A stretch of DNA of 42,254 nt from Octopus bimaculoides (lineage: Eukaryota): positions 31,605,309 to 31,647,562 of the forward strand of contig NC_068998.1 of NCBI RefSeq assembly GCF_001194135.2, given 5' to 3'. This document shows positions 1-9,451 of this stretch, piece after piece. Position 1 is the first letter of the stretch. The number at the start of each line of letters is the position of its first letter. The position numbers were made by a program, and so were the translations under genes. Below the pieces are notes generated by a model. It was not told the origin of the DNA, did no database searches, and was given only the letters and a program-made list of their open reading frames with translations.

Positions 1-1258
1 CGCTCATGTTGGTATTATTTTTTTACGTTGAGGTAGGCCTTGCAACAATAACCATCGCTTCGTATTGCTTCCAAGGAATCCTCTACATTTAACTTCAATT
101 GGATAATATTCTACTAAACCAGCGAGCTGGTAGAATCGTTAGCACACCGGGTGAAATGCTTAACAGAATTTCACCTGTCTTCACGTTTTGAGTTTAAATT
201 CCGCCGAGGTTGACTTTGCCTTTCATCCTTTTGGGGTTGATAAAATAAGTACCAGTTGAGTACTGGGGTCGATGTAATCGACTATCCCCCTCCAAAAATG
301 CCGGCCTTGTGCCAAAATTTGAAATCAATATTCTACTTTCCTGCCTGCATCTTCATATTTCTCGAGATGTTCATAATGATTGATCTTTCCAACCGTTATC
401 AACGGCGTCTATCCGAGTGGCATCCAGATGGGAATTGTCAGCTCAACCAAATTTACCATTTCTTTTCTGATTAGATGACAATATTTGACTTCTTCGTAAC
501 TGAAATACGAAAGTTTCTGTGGGATCCTGGCAAATCTGCAACCATCATCTAACAGACATTCCAGTTTTCATCGTTCATAGGAACTTTCTTCTTCAAATGA
601 ATCTGCTGAGTCGGACGAACGAATGTGATGAAATCTCTGGCTGGTTTCCTGTCTAGTTTCTTGCCACTGTTGCTTAGAGCGATTTGGTTCCTTACTGTAT
701 TGAAGAGAACTTATGAATCAGATAGTGTCTACATGTATCTAACGCAGCGAACAAGTTGGAAAACATGTGCTTCAGTGTTCCTATTTTCTCACACCTGCAT
801 TTATCACTCTTTGACACCTTCCAACTCACAGGGTTTGTAGGGACGGCGCGGCATCATAGGATGTATAAATAAAAAGAACTTCCATATTTCATCCCAAGTT
901 ATTTTTTCTTTCTCATTTACATGCTCCTCCTATCTTGTCATCTGTCCTTGTATCAAATGAAGCTCGCTTCTTTGCTTCCCTTGCTTCGACCCTGTTACTA
1001 ACAATAAGTTTGTGTTTGCTCTGCATCATACCTGAAAATGGCCTGAAAGGATCTGAGCCAAACCCAAGTCCCTTTTGATCAGTTTGTATGACACCCACAG
1101 TGTCTCGGTGTTCAATTGAAGGTAGGATGTCATCTGTTTTTGCTTCTGCTTCCCACTTCCTGGCTATTTTTTATATCTCGTGGATCACGGCTTATTTCTT
1201 TGTCCTTCCACTCCCTTAGTATCATCACTATTTGTATCTTCCATACTTTATAAAGTTT
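1..1258 (-). mobile_element. Degenerate 3' fragment of a HERO-like RLE-type non-LTR retrotransposon, interrupted by a SINE
   Basis: Minus-strand translation gives, in order: VMILREWKDKEI..RKWEAEA, VGVIQTDQKGLGFG, VSWKVSKSDKCRCEKIGTLKHMFSN (decayed CCHC), KSNIVI..NLVELTIP (decayed PD..E nuclease) and, after removing the SINE, LEKYEDAGRKVEYYPIEVKCRGFLG. The RKW-A-A/GLG/ELT-P/PIEV-CRGF series is what I recall for HERO-group elements. Many stops and frameshifts. Confidence 0.75.
116..326 (+). mobile_element. tRNA-derived SINE, family A
   Basis: tRNA-like head (AGCGAGCTGGTAGAATCGTTAGC...GAGTTTAAATTCCGCC), central CCTTTCATCCTTTTGGGGTTGATAAAATAAGTACCAG and 3' CCTTGTGCCAAAATTTGAAATC. Perfect 11-bp TSD AATATTCTACT at 105-115 and 327-337. 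Homologous copies at 1533 and 37043. Confidence 0.9.
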
Positions 1259-1532
1259 GACAACTGGCGTCCGCTGTAATTACATTGAATCTCTTTTACA
1301 ATAAAGATTCGAGCTATTCATTGTGGTCTTTCTGCTAGTATATATAACGAACGAGCAAATTACAGAACACACATAAGTTCCTATCTGTATGAAGCTTTTT
1401 AAATAGTCAAGGAAGGAGGAACTGTGTCATTAACCTTTGTTAGTTATCTTAGGCATTGTGTTCACAGAAGCGTTAGTTTCAGTGTTCACCATCTTGCACC
1501 ATGTAACGTTCACTGTAATATTCACTGCGATG

Positions 1533-1744
1533 AAGGCGGCGAACTGGCAGAAACGTTAGCACGCCAGGCGAAATGCTTAGCAGTATTTCGACTGTCTTTA
1601 TGTTCTGAGTTCAAATTCCGCCGAGGTCGACTTTGCTTTTGATCCTTTGGGGGTCGATAAATTAAATACCAGTTGCGTACTGGGGTCGATCTAATCGACT
1701 GGTCCCTTCCCCAAAATTTCGGACCTTGTGCCTAGAGTAGAAAA
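1533..1744 (+). mobile_element. tRNA-derived SINE, family A (variant 3' end)
   Basis: A-box-like TGGCAGAAACG and B-box GAGTTCAAATTCC (1607-1619). Aligns end to end with 116-326 but ends CCTTGTGCCTAGAGTAGAAAA. 17-bp TSD with 2 mismatches (1516-1532 and 1745-1761). Confidence 0.9.
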
Positions 1745-1908
1745 TAATTTTCACTGTGATGTTTATTGTGATTTATATTACAATGCTCCTCGTTTCAAAA
1801 TAATAAAATTGGGTTTTCTTATTAATACAAAACTGATGTTTGTTGCTTATAGTTAATGATCGACTCCTACCGACTTCAGAGTGATTAAGAGTCAACGTGG
1901 AGAGCAGA

Positions 1909-1980
1909 GAAATTTTAATCCAGAAAGAAGTAAAACGTGACTAAATACTGTAAAGCATTTAGACCAGCGTTGTAATGTTT
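1909..1980 (-). mobile_element. Highly diverged SINE-A head fragment
   Basis: AAATACTGTAAAGCATTTAGACCAGCGT resembles the reverse complement of the SINE-A head. Confidence 0.35.
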
Positions 1981-2718
1981 TTTGATAATCAATCACTCTG
2001 AGTGTACAGAAATTTCGAATTTAGAAAATCTTAATTTTAGGAAGGAAAAATGTAATCAAATTGTTCTCAGTGAATTACTGCTATTTATTTATCGATTCCT
2101 ATCGATAGAATACCTAAATAATTGGAATAAAATGGTAGCTAGATAATTTAATACATTTAATTCAGCACTCCATCTTTATTGCCTTCACTTCTTTTGTTAA
2201 TAAGTAGTTCATGTGCCGGTTCTTACTTTTTGTTCAGTAAGCGTTTGTTTGGATATCAAAGAAAATATCCAGTATTCAAAATAGCTGCTGAACACCAAGC
2301 TGTTACGCGTCTTCAACTTGTCGCTTGCCAATGAATAAACACAAGACAATCTACTGTTAACGTCTTACTATTCAATACTGTGGAAAATTTCCAGATTTTT
2401 ATATCGATAATAATTTCGCTTTTTCTTTCTTTTGTTCTAATCTTTCTGTTTATTTTATTTTATTTCTTTATCTCATTTTACTCAGAAATTTAGAATAATA
2501 TTTGCTGTTCCAGAAATGATCGTCGTCGTCAGGAATAACGTCATCATCACCACCGTCATCTTTATATTGTCATTGTTTTCTTTCAATGTATGTATTTCAT
2601 ATGTACCATAAGAAAGTTATGATTTTATGTTTTAGCTACGTTATCGAAATATTTAGAGATTTACATGTTTATGCAAAACTTGATACACACAAATGGACAA
2701 ACGCATACATACGCACAT

Positions 2719-3209
2719 TGTCATTCATTTTTACCTATCTTTTATTGCTTTTATAAATAGTGATTGTTCGGCCTGCATCCATTATTCCGCAGCCAATAGC
2801 CTGGGGCCGGTTCCACTGACATACCACTCTGAATGACATGATTAGAAGGAGCCTCGACACGGCTGGCTTCCCGTTGCAACTAGAGCTAGTAGGTCTTGAC
2901 TGTGGGGATAGTAAGCGCCCGACGGAATAACCCTCTTTCAATACAAGGGAGGCAAATCCCTAATCTGGGACGCGGTGTGCTGCAACACGTTCTTCGACTC
3001 CAACCTTGCAGCATCGGCTGAAAACCCGGGTATCTCCGTCCATAACGCAGAGGAGCAGAAGATAACCGGTCGCTATCAGTTTGTGTGCGCTCTTATAGAT
3101 CACAGCAGATAATTCTCGTCTGCTACGATTTATGCGCGTGCTCTTATGCACCAAACACTTATATGAGAGATCTTTTAAGGTTAATAACTCAGTATTCGGT
3201 GTTCTAACA
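2719..3209 (-). mobile_element. Unclassified GC/CpG-rich element, possibly a solo LTR
   Basis: Sharp rise in GC and CpG. The minus strand starts TGTTAG at 3209, has AATAAA (plus 2741-2746) and ends in CA (2719). Internal hairpins GCTGCAA..TTGCAGC and GCAGA..TCTGC. No TSD found, so the class is uncertain. Confidence 0.35.
2899..2964. repeat. Copy 1 of a ~66-nt dispersed motif
   Basis: ACTGTGGGGATAGTAAGCGCCCGACGGAATAACCCTCTTTCAATACAAGGGAGGCAAATCCCTAAT matches 4791-4857 with 7 substitutions and 1 indel. Confidence 0.8.
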
Positions 3210-3250
3210 AGAATTCCATGTTAAGCTGGATACAAAAATTACCTTTATAT

Positions 3251-3295
3251 ACTCTTTTACTCTTTTACTTGTTTCAGTCATTTAACTGTGGCCAT
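3251..3295 (-). mobile_element. 3' tail of SINE family B (or of its partner LINE), running into a gap
   Basis: Reverse complement ATGGCCACAGTTAAATGACTGAAACAAGTAAAAGAGTAAAAGAGT matches the 3' end of the SINE at 11784-12196. Confidence 0.7.
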
Positions 3296-3998
3296 NNNNN
3301 NNNNNNNNNNNNNNNNNNNNNNNNNNNNNNNNNNNNNNNNNNNNNNNNNNNNNNNNNNNNNNNNNNNNNNNNNNNNNNNNNNNNNNNNNNNNNNNNNNNN
3401 NNNNNNNNNNNNNNNNNNNNNNNNNNNNNNNNNNNNNNNNNNNNNNNNNNNNNNNNNNNNNNNNNNNNNNNNNNNNNNNNNNNNNNNNNNNNNNNNNNNN
3501 NNNNNNNNNNNNNNNNNNNNNNNNNNNNNNNNNNNNNNNNNNNNNNNNNNNNNNNNNNNNNNNNNNNNNNNNNNNNNNNNNNNNNNNNNNNNNNNNNNNN
3601 NNNNNNNNNNNNNNNNNNNNNNNNNNNNNNNNNNNNNNNNNNNNNNNNNNNNNNNNNNNNNNNNNNNNNNNNNNNNNNNNNNNNNNNNNNNNNNNNNNNN
3701 NNNNNNNNNNNNNNNNNNNNNNNNNNNNNNNNNNNNNNNNNNNNNNNNNNNNNNNNNNNNNNNNNNNNNNNNNNNNNNNNNNNNNNNNNNNNNNNNNNNN
3801 NNNNNNNNNNNNNNNNNNNNNNNNNNNNNNNNNNNNNNNNNNNNNNNNNNNNNNNNNNNNNNNNNNNNNNNNNNNNNNNNNNNNNNNNNNNNNNNNNNNN
3901 NNNNNNNNNNNNNNNNNNNNNNNNNNNNNNNNNNNNNNNNNNNNNNNNNNNNNNNNNNNNNNNNNNNNNNNNNNNNNNNNNNNNNNNNNNNNNNNNNN
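3296..3998. other. Assembly gap (N). Other gaps: 5566-6149, 11323-11758, 13069-13078, 19054-19109, 38023-38459
   Basis: Runs of N, mostly next to (TA)n tracts or repeats. Confidence 1.
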
Positions 3999-4790
3999 AC
4001 TCTTTTACTCGTTTCAGCCATGCGGATGCGGTCATGCTGGAGCACCACCGTGGTCTTTCTGATTTCCTTAGTCTGGGGTGTTTCGCATCACCACTTCTGT
4101 ATGTGTCTTTGTCCCAGCTGTTGACTCATTTGTTGTATAAGGGAGTTTGATTCCGTTTCCCTCGTCTGCACCTCATATCGGGCTGTTGGTTCATCGGTAT
4201 TGTGGAGAGGAGGATGTCCAGTTCCTTTTTGAAGACTTCTGCTTCCACTTTATGCAGATATCTTTATTTGAGGCATGGCATTGAAGAGCTGTGGACCTTT
4301 GAACCTTAGACTATTGCAATATCTGGTCCTCAATTTAGACGGAGTGGATGGTATCTTTGGATGGCAGCCAGTTCTGGCATTTGTATAACACTCAAAACCG
4401 AAATTAGGTACTAGCCCTTCTAGAGTTTTCCATATGTAGATTATTGCATATCTCTCACGCCTTCTCTCCAGGGAGTAAGTTGCAGTTTTCTCAGACTATC
4501 CCTGTAGCTCATCGGCTGCACTGTTTCAATCTTTTTAGTGTAGTGGCGTTGGGCTGCTTCAAGCTATGCTGTTAGTTTGGCACTTTGTGGTGACCATAAC
4601 TGGGAGCAGTAGTCAAGGCAGCTGAGAACAAAGGTTCTCCTCAGGGTCAACATAGTTTTTTGATCTCTTGTCTTGAAGGACCTCAGTATTCATCCTGCGA
4701 GTTGTCTGCACTTTGCTACCATCTTGGTAATGTGCATATAAAATAATGCGTCATTGTACATACTGATCCCCAAATCTTCTGCTGCCTGTA
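3999..4790 (-). mobile_element. 5'-truncated CR1/L2-group LINE (post-RT C-terminus, 3'UTR and tail)
   Basis: Minus strand: AEDLGISMYNDALFYMHITKMVAKCRQLAG*ILRSFKTR..LDYCSQLWSPQ..LERRRERYAIIYIWKTLEGLVPNFG..FKGPQLFNAMP..FKKELDILLSTIP..SNSLIQQ, typical of the CR1/L2-group ORF2 C-terminus. Ends GGTGCTCCAGCATG..CTGAAACGAGTAAAAGAGT. Confidence 0.8.
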
Positions 4791-4857
4791 ACTGCGAGGA
4801 TTGTAAGCGCCCCGACGGAATAACCCTCTTTCAATACGTGGGAGGCAGATCCTTAAT
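4791..4857. repeat. Copy 2 of the ~66-nt dispersed motif, abutting the 5' truncation point of the LINE
   Basis: ACTGCGAGGATTGTAAGCGCCCCGACGGAATAACCCTCTTTCAATACGTGGGAGGCAGATCCTTAAT; the flanks are unrelated to those of copy 1. Confidence 0.8.
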
Positions 4858-6149
4858 TGATTGCTGATGAGAGTAGGGGATAACCCCCTACCTTTTACCC
4901 TCATAGCCGACAGGTGACGTGACTGAAGGAGGACTGCACACCCGGAAATCGATGACCAGCAATTAGTTTAATTACATCAGCTTAAATGACAGAGAATTTT
5001 CAATAAGGTAAAATCTTAAATTATTAATTGATACATTATTAATTAGCATAATAGCATAGCCTGGAAAAAAACATAGAAAAAACAATGCAACACTAATCTA
5101 ATCGAAGTTTTGGTGTAAACTAAAATGTTCAACTTTATACTATTAACTTAGTATTAAATAGGATATCAGCTAACATTAAAAATCAAGTGAATTTATATAA
5201 AAATACTTATTTTACCAATAAATGAGAGAAAATCATTTAACAATATTATTGAAAATAAAAGCAATACTTATCTCAACGAAGCTATAGTTTAAACTAAAAT
5301 TTTAAACGTTAAACTATTAACTAAGTGTTTATTAGAAAAGAGTCGCGTGAATATATGGCGTAAAGAAAAAGAATAGAACAAAGAGATATATAAACATGAA
5401 TGAAAGTTTTATTTATAAAATCATGAATGAAAATTAAAATGCATCTAACTTAAATCATAATAAAACAATTAAGTATATTGTAAACATTTTATGGAAATTT
5501 AAAATCTAAGTAATTATAGAGTCTAAAGAATTAGACTAAGATACATAAATTATATAATATATATCNNNNNNNNNNNNNNNNNNNNNNNNNNNNNNNNNNN
5601 NNNNNNNNNNNNNNNNNNNNNNNNNNNNNNNNNNNNNNNNNNNNNNNNNNNNNNNNNNNNNNNNNNNNNNNNNNNNNNNNNNNNNNNNNNNNNNNNNNNN
5701 NNNNNNNNNNNNNNNNNNNNNNNNNNNNNNNNNNNNNNNNNNNNNNNNNNNNNNNNNNNNNNNNNNNNNNNNNNNNNNNNNNNNNNNNNNNNNNNNNNNN
5801 NNNNNNNNNNNNNNNNNNNNNNNNNNNNNNNNNNNNNNNNNNNNNNNNNNNNNNNNNNNNNNNNNNNNNNNNNNNNNNNNNNNNNNNNNNNNNNNNNNNN
5901 NNNNNNNNNNNNNNNNNNNNNNNNNNNNNNNNNNNNNNNNNNNNNNNNNNNNNNNNNNNNNNNNNNNNNNNNNNNNNNNNNNNNNNNNNNNNNNNNNNNN
6001 NNNNNNNNNNNNNNNNNNNNNNNNNNNNNNNNNNNNNNNNNNNNNNNNNNNNNNNNNNNNNNNNNNNNNNNNNNNNNNNNNNNNNNNNNNNNNNNNNNNN
6101 NNNNNNNNNNNNNNNNNNNNNNNNNNNNNNNNNNNNNNNNNNNNNNNNN

Positions 6150-6600
6150 ATATATATATATATATATATAAATATATATATATGTATGTACGTATGTATA
6201 TATGCATGTATGTATGTCTGCATGTATGTATATATGTGCATATATATGTATGCATGTATATATATATATGTATATATGTACATTTATGTATACGTCTGTT
6301 GGTGTACGTATATGTGTGTGTATATATATATATATATGAGTGTGTATATATGTATATATGTGTGTATATATGTATATATGTGTGTATAATTGTACATATG
6401 TATGCCTGTATGTTTATATACATATATGTATGTATGTACGTGTACATGCGTGTGCATGTATACGTGTATCCGTGTACATATGCATGCAAACCCATAATTC
6501 ATGTGCACTTTCTCATATATATATGTATGTGCGGTTTTTGTGGAATTTGTTTTTGTTTTGATATAAGTGTATATGTGAGTATGTATATGTGTGTGTAATG
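6150..6600. repeat. Complex (TA)n/(TG)n/(TATG)n low-complexity tract
   Basis: Direct reading; it explains the Y/I/M/C/V-rich ORFs. Confidence 0.95.
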
Positions 6601-6950
6601 TCACGCACAATATTCGTTTTTAGTTTTCTTTTGTCCTCTTTGTTTCTTTTTTATTTATGTATTTGCTCATTGAATGACATAACGGCAAACTTTCCAACTT
6701 TTTGAATAATCTAAGTGACATTATTATAATTCGCTCTAGAACATTTCATAGGGAAATATATTTTTTTATTTATCAATAGCTTTATAAAGACGCAGACCTT
6801 GAGCCTGTAACGAGTTTGATAAGTGCTAACGCACGAAACACTCAGACCTTGAGTCACTCTGTTACTTCTGCTAAATATTAATAAAAATATACACATACTC
6901 ATTGCGAGTTCTATTTTTCCTGTTTGCATCAACATATATATATATATTAA

Positions 6951-7038
6951 CAACAACTCAAAGGTGGATCCTTGTATCTTTGTTGGAAACCAGGTCTCTC
7001 TTCAGTGGAAGATTTATAATAATTAAAAAAATAGAAGA

Positions 7039-7121
<83 letters not shown>

Positions 7122-7214
7122 GTATGTCTCTCCTATTTTTTATTATTATAAATCTTCCACTCAAGAGAGACCCGGTTTCCAACAAAGATACAAGTCCGTA
7201 CCTTTGAGTTGTAG
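6951..7214. mobile_element. TTAA-flanked MITE / fold-back element (264 bp) with a central (TA)n(TG)n microsatellite
   Basis: ~90-bp inverted arms (CAACAACTCAAAGGT..GAGACATA / TATGTCTC..ACCTTTGAGTTGTAG) with TTAA at 6947-6950 and 7215-7218. TTAA fits piggyBac or Kolobok type; superfamily not resolved. Confidence 0.85.
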
Positions 7215-7218
7215 TTAA

Positions 7219-7289
7219 CTCAGACAAATTCACATTTGGAACTTGAGAAAAGTCTTGCATATTTTTACTGTTCCACTCACGGGTTGCAC
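7219..7289 (-). mobile_element. R4/Dong-like element, extreme 3' stub (copy A0)
   Basis: Translates VSGTVKICKTFLKFQM*, matching the C-terminus NGTVKICKTFQKFST of the neighbouring copies. Confidence 0.6.
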
Positions 7290-7312
7290 TTGTATGTATG
7301 TATGTAAGTATG

Positions 7313-8429
7313 TTTTATTTATGTATTCTAATGCACATAGTTGCATATCTAGACATGCTCATGTATATTCAAATGATAAATTTCTGGAACGTTTTACAGA
7401 TTTTTACAGTGCCAGTGATGGATTGGATCTGTAGTCTTCGAATTAGCTTTCTCCTTTCTGATTCTGAAAAGCTTAATTTCTCAAGATTGGTATTTAGGCC
7501 CCAATAATTACAAGTATAAATCTGAACTTGTAATCTGGATAGAGTAACTGCAGATTTCTCAAAGGTTCAGCAAAGGTTTTCTCTTTTATACTGATCTTCA
7601 GCTTTATGTTAACATCTGATGGGCAGCTAATTTCCACAACTGTGCACAGTTTCTCTTCTCTATCCCAAATAATTATATCAGGTCTGCTGTGCTTACATTT
7701 TATTGAGGTCTTCACTGGTACATTCCACCAGCATTCCTTTTTATTATGAGTGGCGGCTATGGCTTCTACCATATTATGGGTTTTTATTTCGTTGTCCTCG
7801 GAATCATCATCCTTTTGACGGATTTCATTATAGAGTGTCCTAGCTCCAAGATCATGTCTCATAAGGAGATAATACTGTGTTGACATTTTCGGACAACTGC
7901 TCATGATGTGCGTAATATCTTCAGTGAGAACTCCACAAAGTCTGCATTGGTTGTCGCATTTAACAGCTTTTCCTGCATCAGGTACTTGGTTGATATTTCC
8001 CTGTTCCTGGATTGCAAACACATACCTTTCAAAGTGGGAGGTAGTAATGCGGCTATTGGTCCATGTTAAACTGCTTTGGTCATCATGGAGCTTTCTACTG
8101 ACATATCCATGCATAGTTCTCTGCTCATATAGGTTCATCCTTTCATCTGATGATACATTGCGGTAGAGTCATGCGACTTTTTTTGGCATGTGTTCTAGGA
8201 TATCAGACAAAGAGTGTTGCTCAAGGTGCTGCCTTCCAAATCTTATGATGTTGTCAGCCTCATGTATGCAAACTTGGTCAAGGGATGCACTTCGACACTT
8301 GGTGGTTAGAAGATGTTGCCGAAGGGATATGATGCGACGTTCAAAGACATTTTGGATTGATGTTAAACTTCTGCCGCCTTGTTTTCATTTTAGGTAGAGG
8401 CGGTCTACGTCACTGTTTATGTGGAAATT
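7313..8429 (-). mobile_element. R4/Dong-like RLE non-LTR retrotransposon, 5'-truncated (copy A)
   Basis: ORF 7494-8138 has CCHC CRLCGVLTEDITHIMSSC, RHD and the PD-(D/E)xK nuclease RPDIIIWDREEKLCTVVEISCP. The 5' end reads NFHINSDVDRLYLK. Bounded by (TATG)n at 7291-7312 and 8430-8449. Confidence 0.9.
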
Positions 8430-8449
8430 GTGTATGTATGTATGTATGT

Positions 8450-9122
8450 TATCAATCAGTTTCATTACTGTATTTCTTGTCAATAGAGAAAGAGCCGGAC
8501 TCTAACATAGATTCAAGGCTCCTTCATTGGAACTTTTATCAACATCATCAAGGTATTTGTGCATATGTGTGTGTGCAGCATTTGGTGTTAGTGTATGCGC
8601 AGATTTGTATGTATGTTTTATGGATGCGTTTTTATGTATACATTTTCATGTCTAGGCGTATGCATATGTATTTATGTGCTAAACTTTTGGAAAGTTTTAC
8701 ATATCTTTACAGTTCCATTGATGGCTTGAATCTGTCGTCTTCTAATCAGCCTTTTTCTTTCAGGTTTTGAGAACCCTAATTTTTCCAGGTTTTTGTTGAT
8801 GCAGTTCGTTACATATCCCAATGCCCCAACAATCACGGGTATGAATATGAACTTGTAGTCTGGGTGGAATATCTGCAAATTTCTCAGTAGCTCGGCGTAG
8901 TTGTTCTCTTTTTCTCTAATCTTTAGTGTGATGTTGACATCTGCAGAACAGCTGATTTCTACTACTGTACACAGTTTCTCTTCTCTGTCCCAGATTACTA
9001 TATCTGGTCTATTATGTCTGCATTTTATTGAGGTTTTTATTGGGACATTCCACCAATATTCTTTCATATTGTGAGTGGTAATGGCCTCTACCTCATTACG
9101 GGTTTTCATCTCCTTAGCCCCG
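8450..9122 (-). mobile_element. R4/Dong-like element, 5'-truncated young copy (copy B)
   Basis: ORF 8672-9109 (RPDIVIWDREEKLCTVVEISC..PVIVGALG) differs from copy C at only about 5 residues and has the same 3'UTR. (TATG)n on both sides (8430-8449 and 9126-9158). Confidence 0.9.
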
Positions 9123-9128
9123 GAGATG

Positions 9129-9161
<33 letters not shown>

Positions 9162-9391
9162 GCGAGTATATGTAGTTATTTATATTTGTTCGGCCCTGAA
9201 AGGCTCTGAAATGGTACATCCTCGGAAAAACAAATTTCATTTTCGAAATCTGCGTTCCTTCGAGAATATTGTCCGTAAATAATAATAAAAAATAATAATT
9301 TGCTATCAGAAATAACTTAATTCTTAGATCTACAATTCTCGTACTCTGTATCTGTGACTATCAATCTATCTCTCTCCATTATTTACCATAC

Positions 9392-9404
9392 TTCTTTCTT
9401 TCTT

Positions 9405-9447
<43 letters not shown>
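9392..9447. repeat. (TTTC)n(TC)n microsatellite. Others: (CT)n(CA)n 10003-10070, (TG)n 10756-10805, (GTGA)n(GA)n 15033-15105, (GA)n 15224-15314, (TA)n 34773-34805, (GATA)n 34824-34870
   Basis: Direct reading. Confidence 0.95.

Positions 9448-9451
<4 letters not shown>

Noticed and set aside
116-200. Functional tRNA genes at SINE heads (also 1533, 11784, 21859, 37043)
   Set aside because: A/B boxes are present, but there is no complete cloverleaf and each continues into a SINE body and tail.
2239-2339. Possible terminal exon (acceptor TTTTTGTTCAG, KRLFGYQRKYPVFKIAAEHQAVTRLQLVACQ*, AATAAA)
   Set aside because: No recognisable protein and no linked upstream exon; such signals are common by chance in AT-rich DNA. 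RNA-seq would decide.
2870-2890. Helitron 3' end (CCCGTTGCAAC..CTAGT)
   Set aside because: The subterminal hairpin is incomplete and the element-like sequence continues on both sides.
2899-2964. Twister or HDV-like assignment of the 66-nt motif
   Set aside because: TAA and GGAGG are present, but the P2 pairing fails in copy 1, the L4 AAG is missing, and no nested HDV double pseudoknot could be built on either strand.
4864-4896. Hammerhead ribozyme (CTGATGA followed by the GTAGGGG/CCCCTAC hairpin)
   Set aside because: The required GAAA after stem II is absent (CTTTT follows), and I found no stems I/III with an NUH site.
5531-6610. Long ORFs rich in Y/I/H/T/M/C/V, and poly-X, poly-D, poly-S, poly-T and LTLT ORFs elsewhere
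   Set aside because: They are translations of microsatellites, telomeric repeats or N-gaps.
6780-6885. Possible terminal exon (LYKDADLEPVTSLISANARNTQTLSHSVTSAKY*)
   Set aside because: Plausible acceptor and stop/AATAAA only, with no homology I can recognise.
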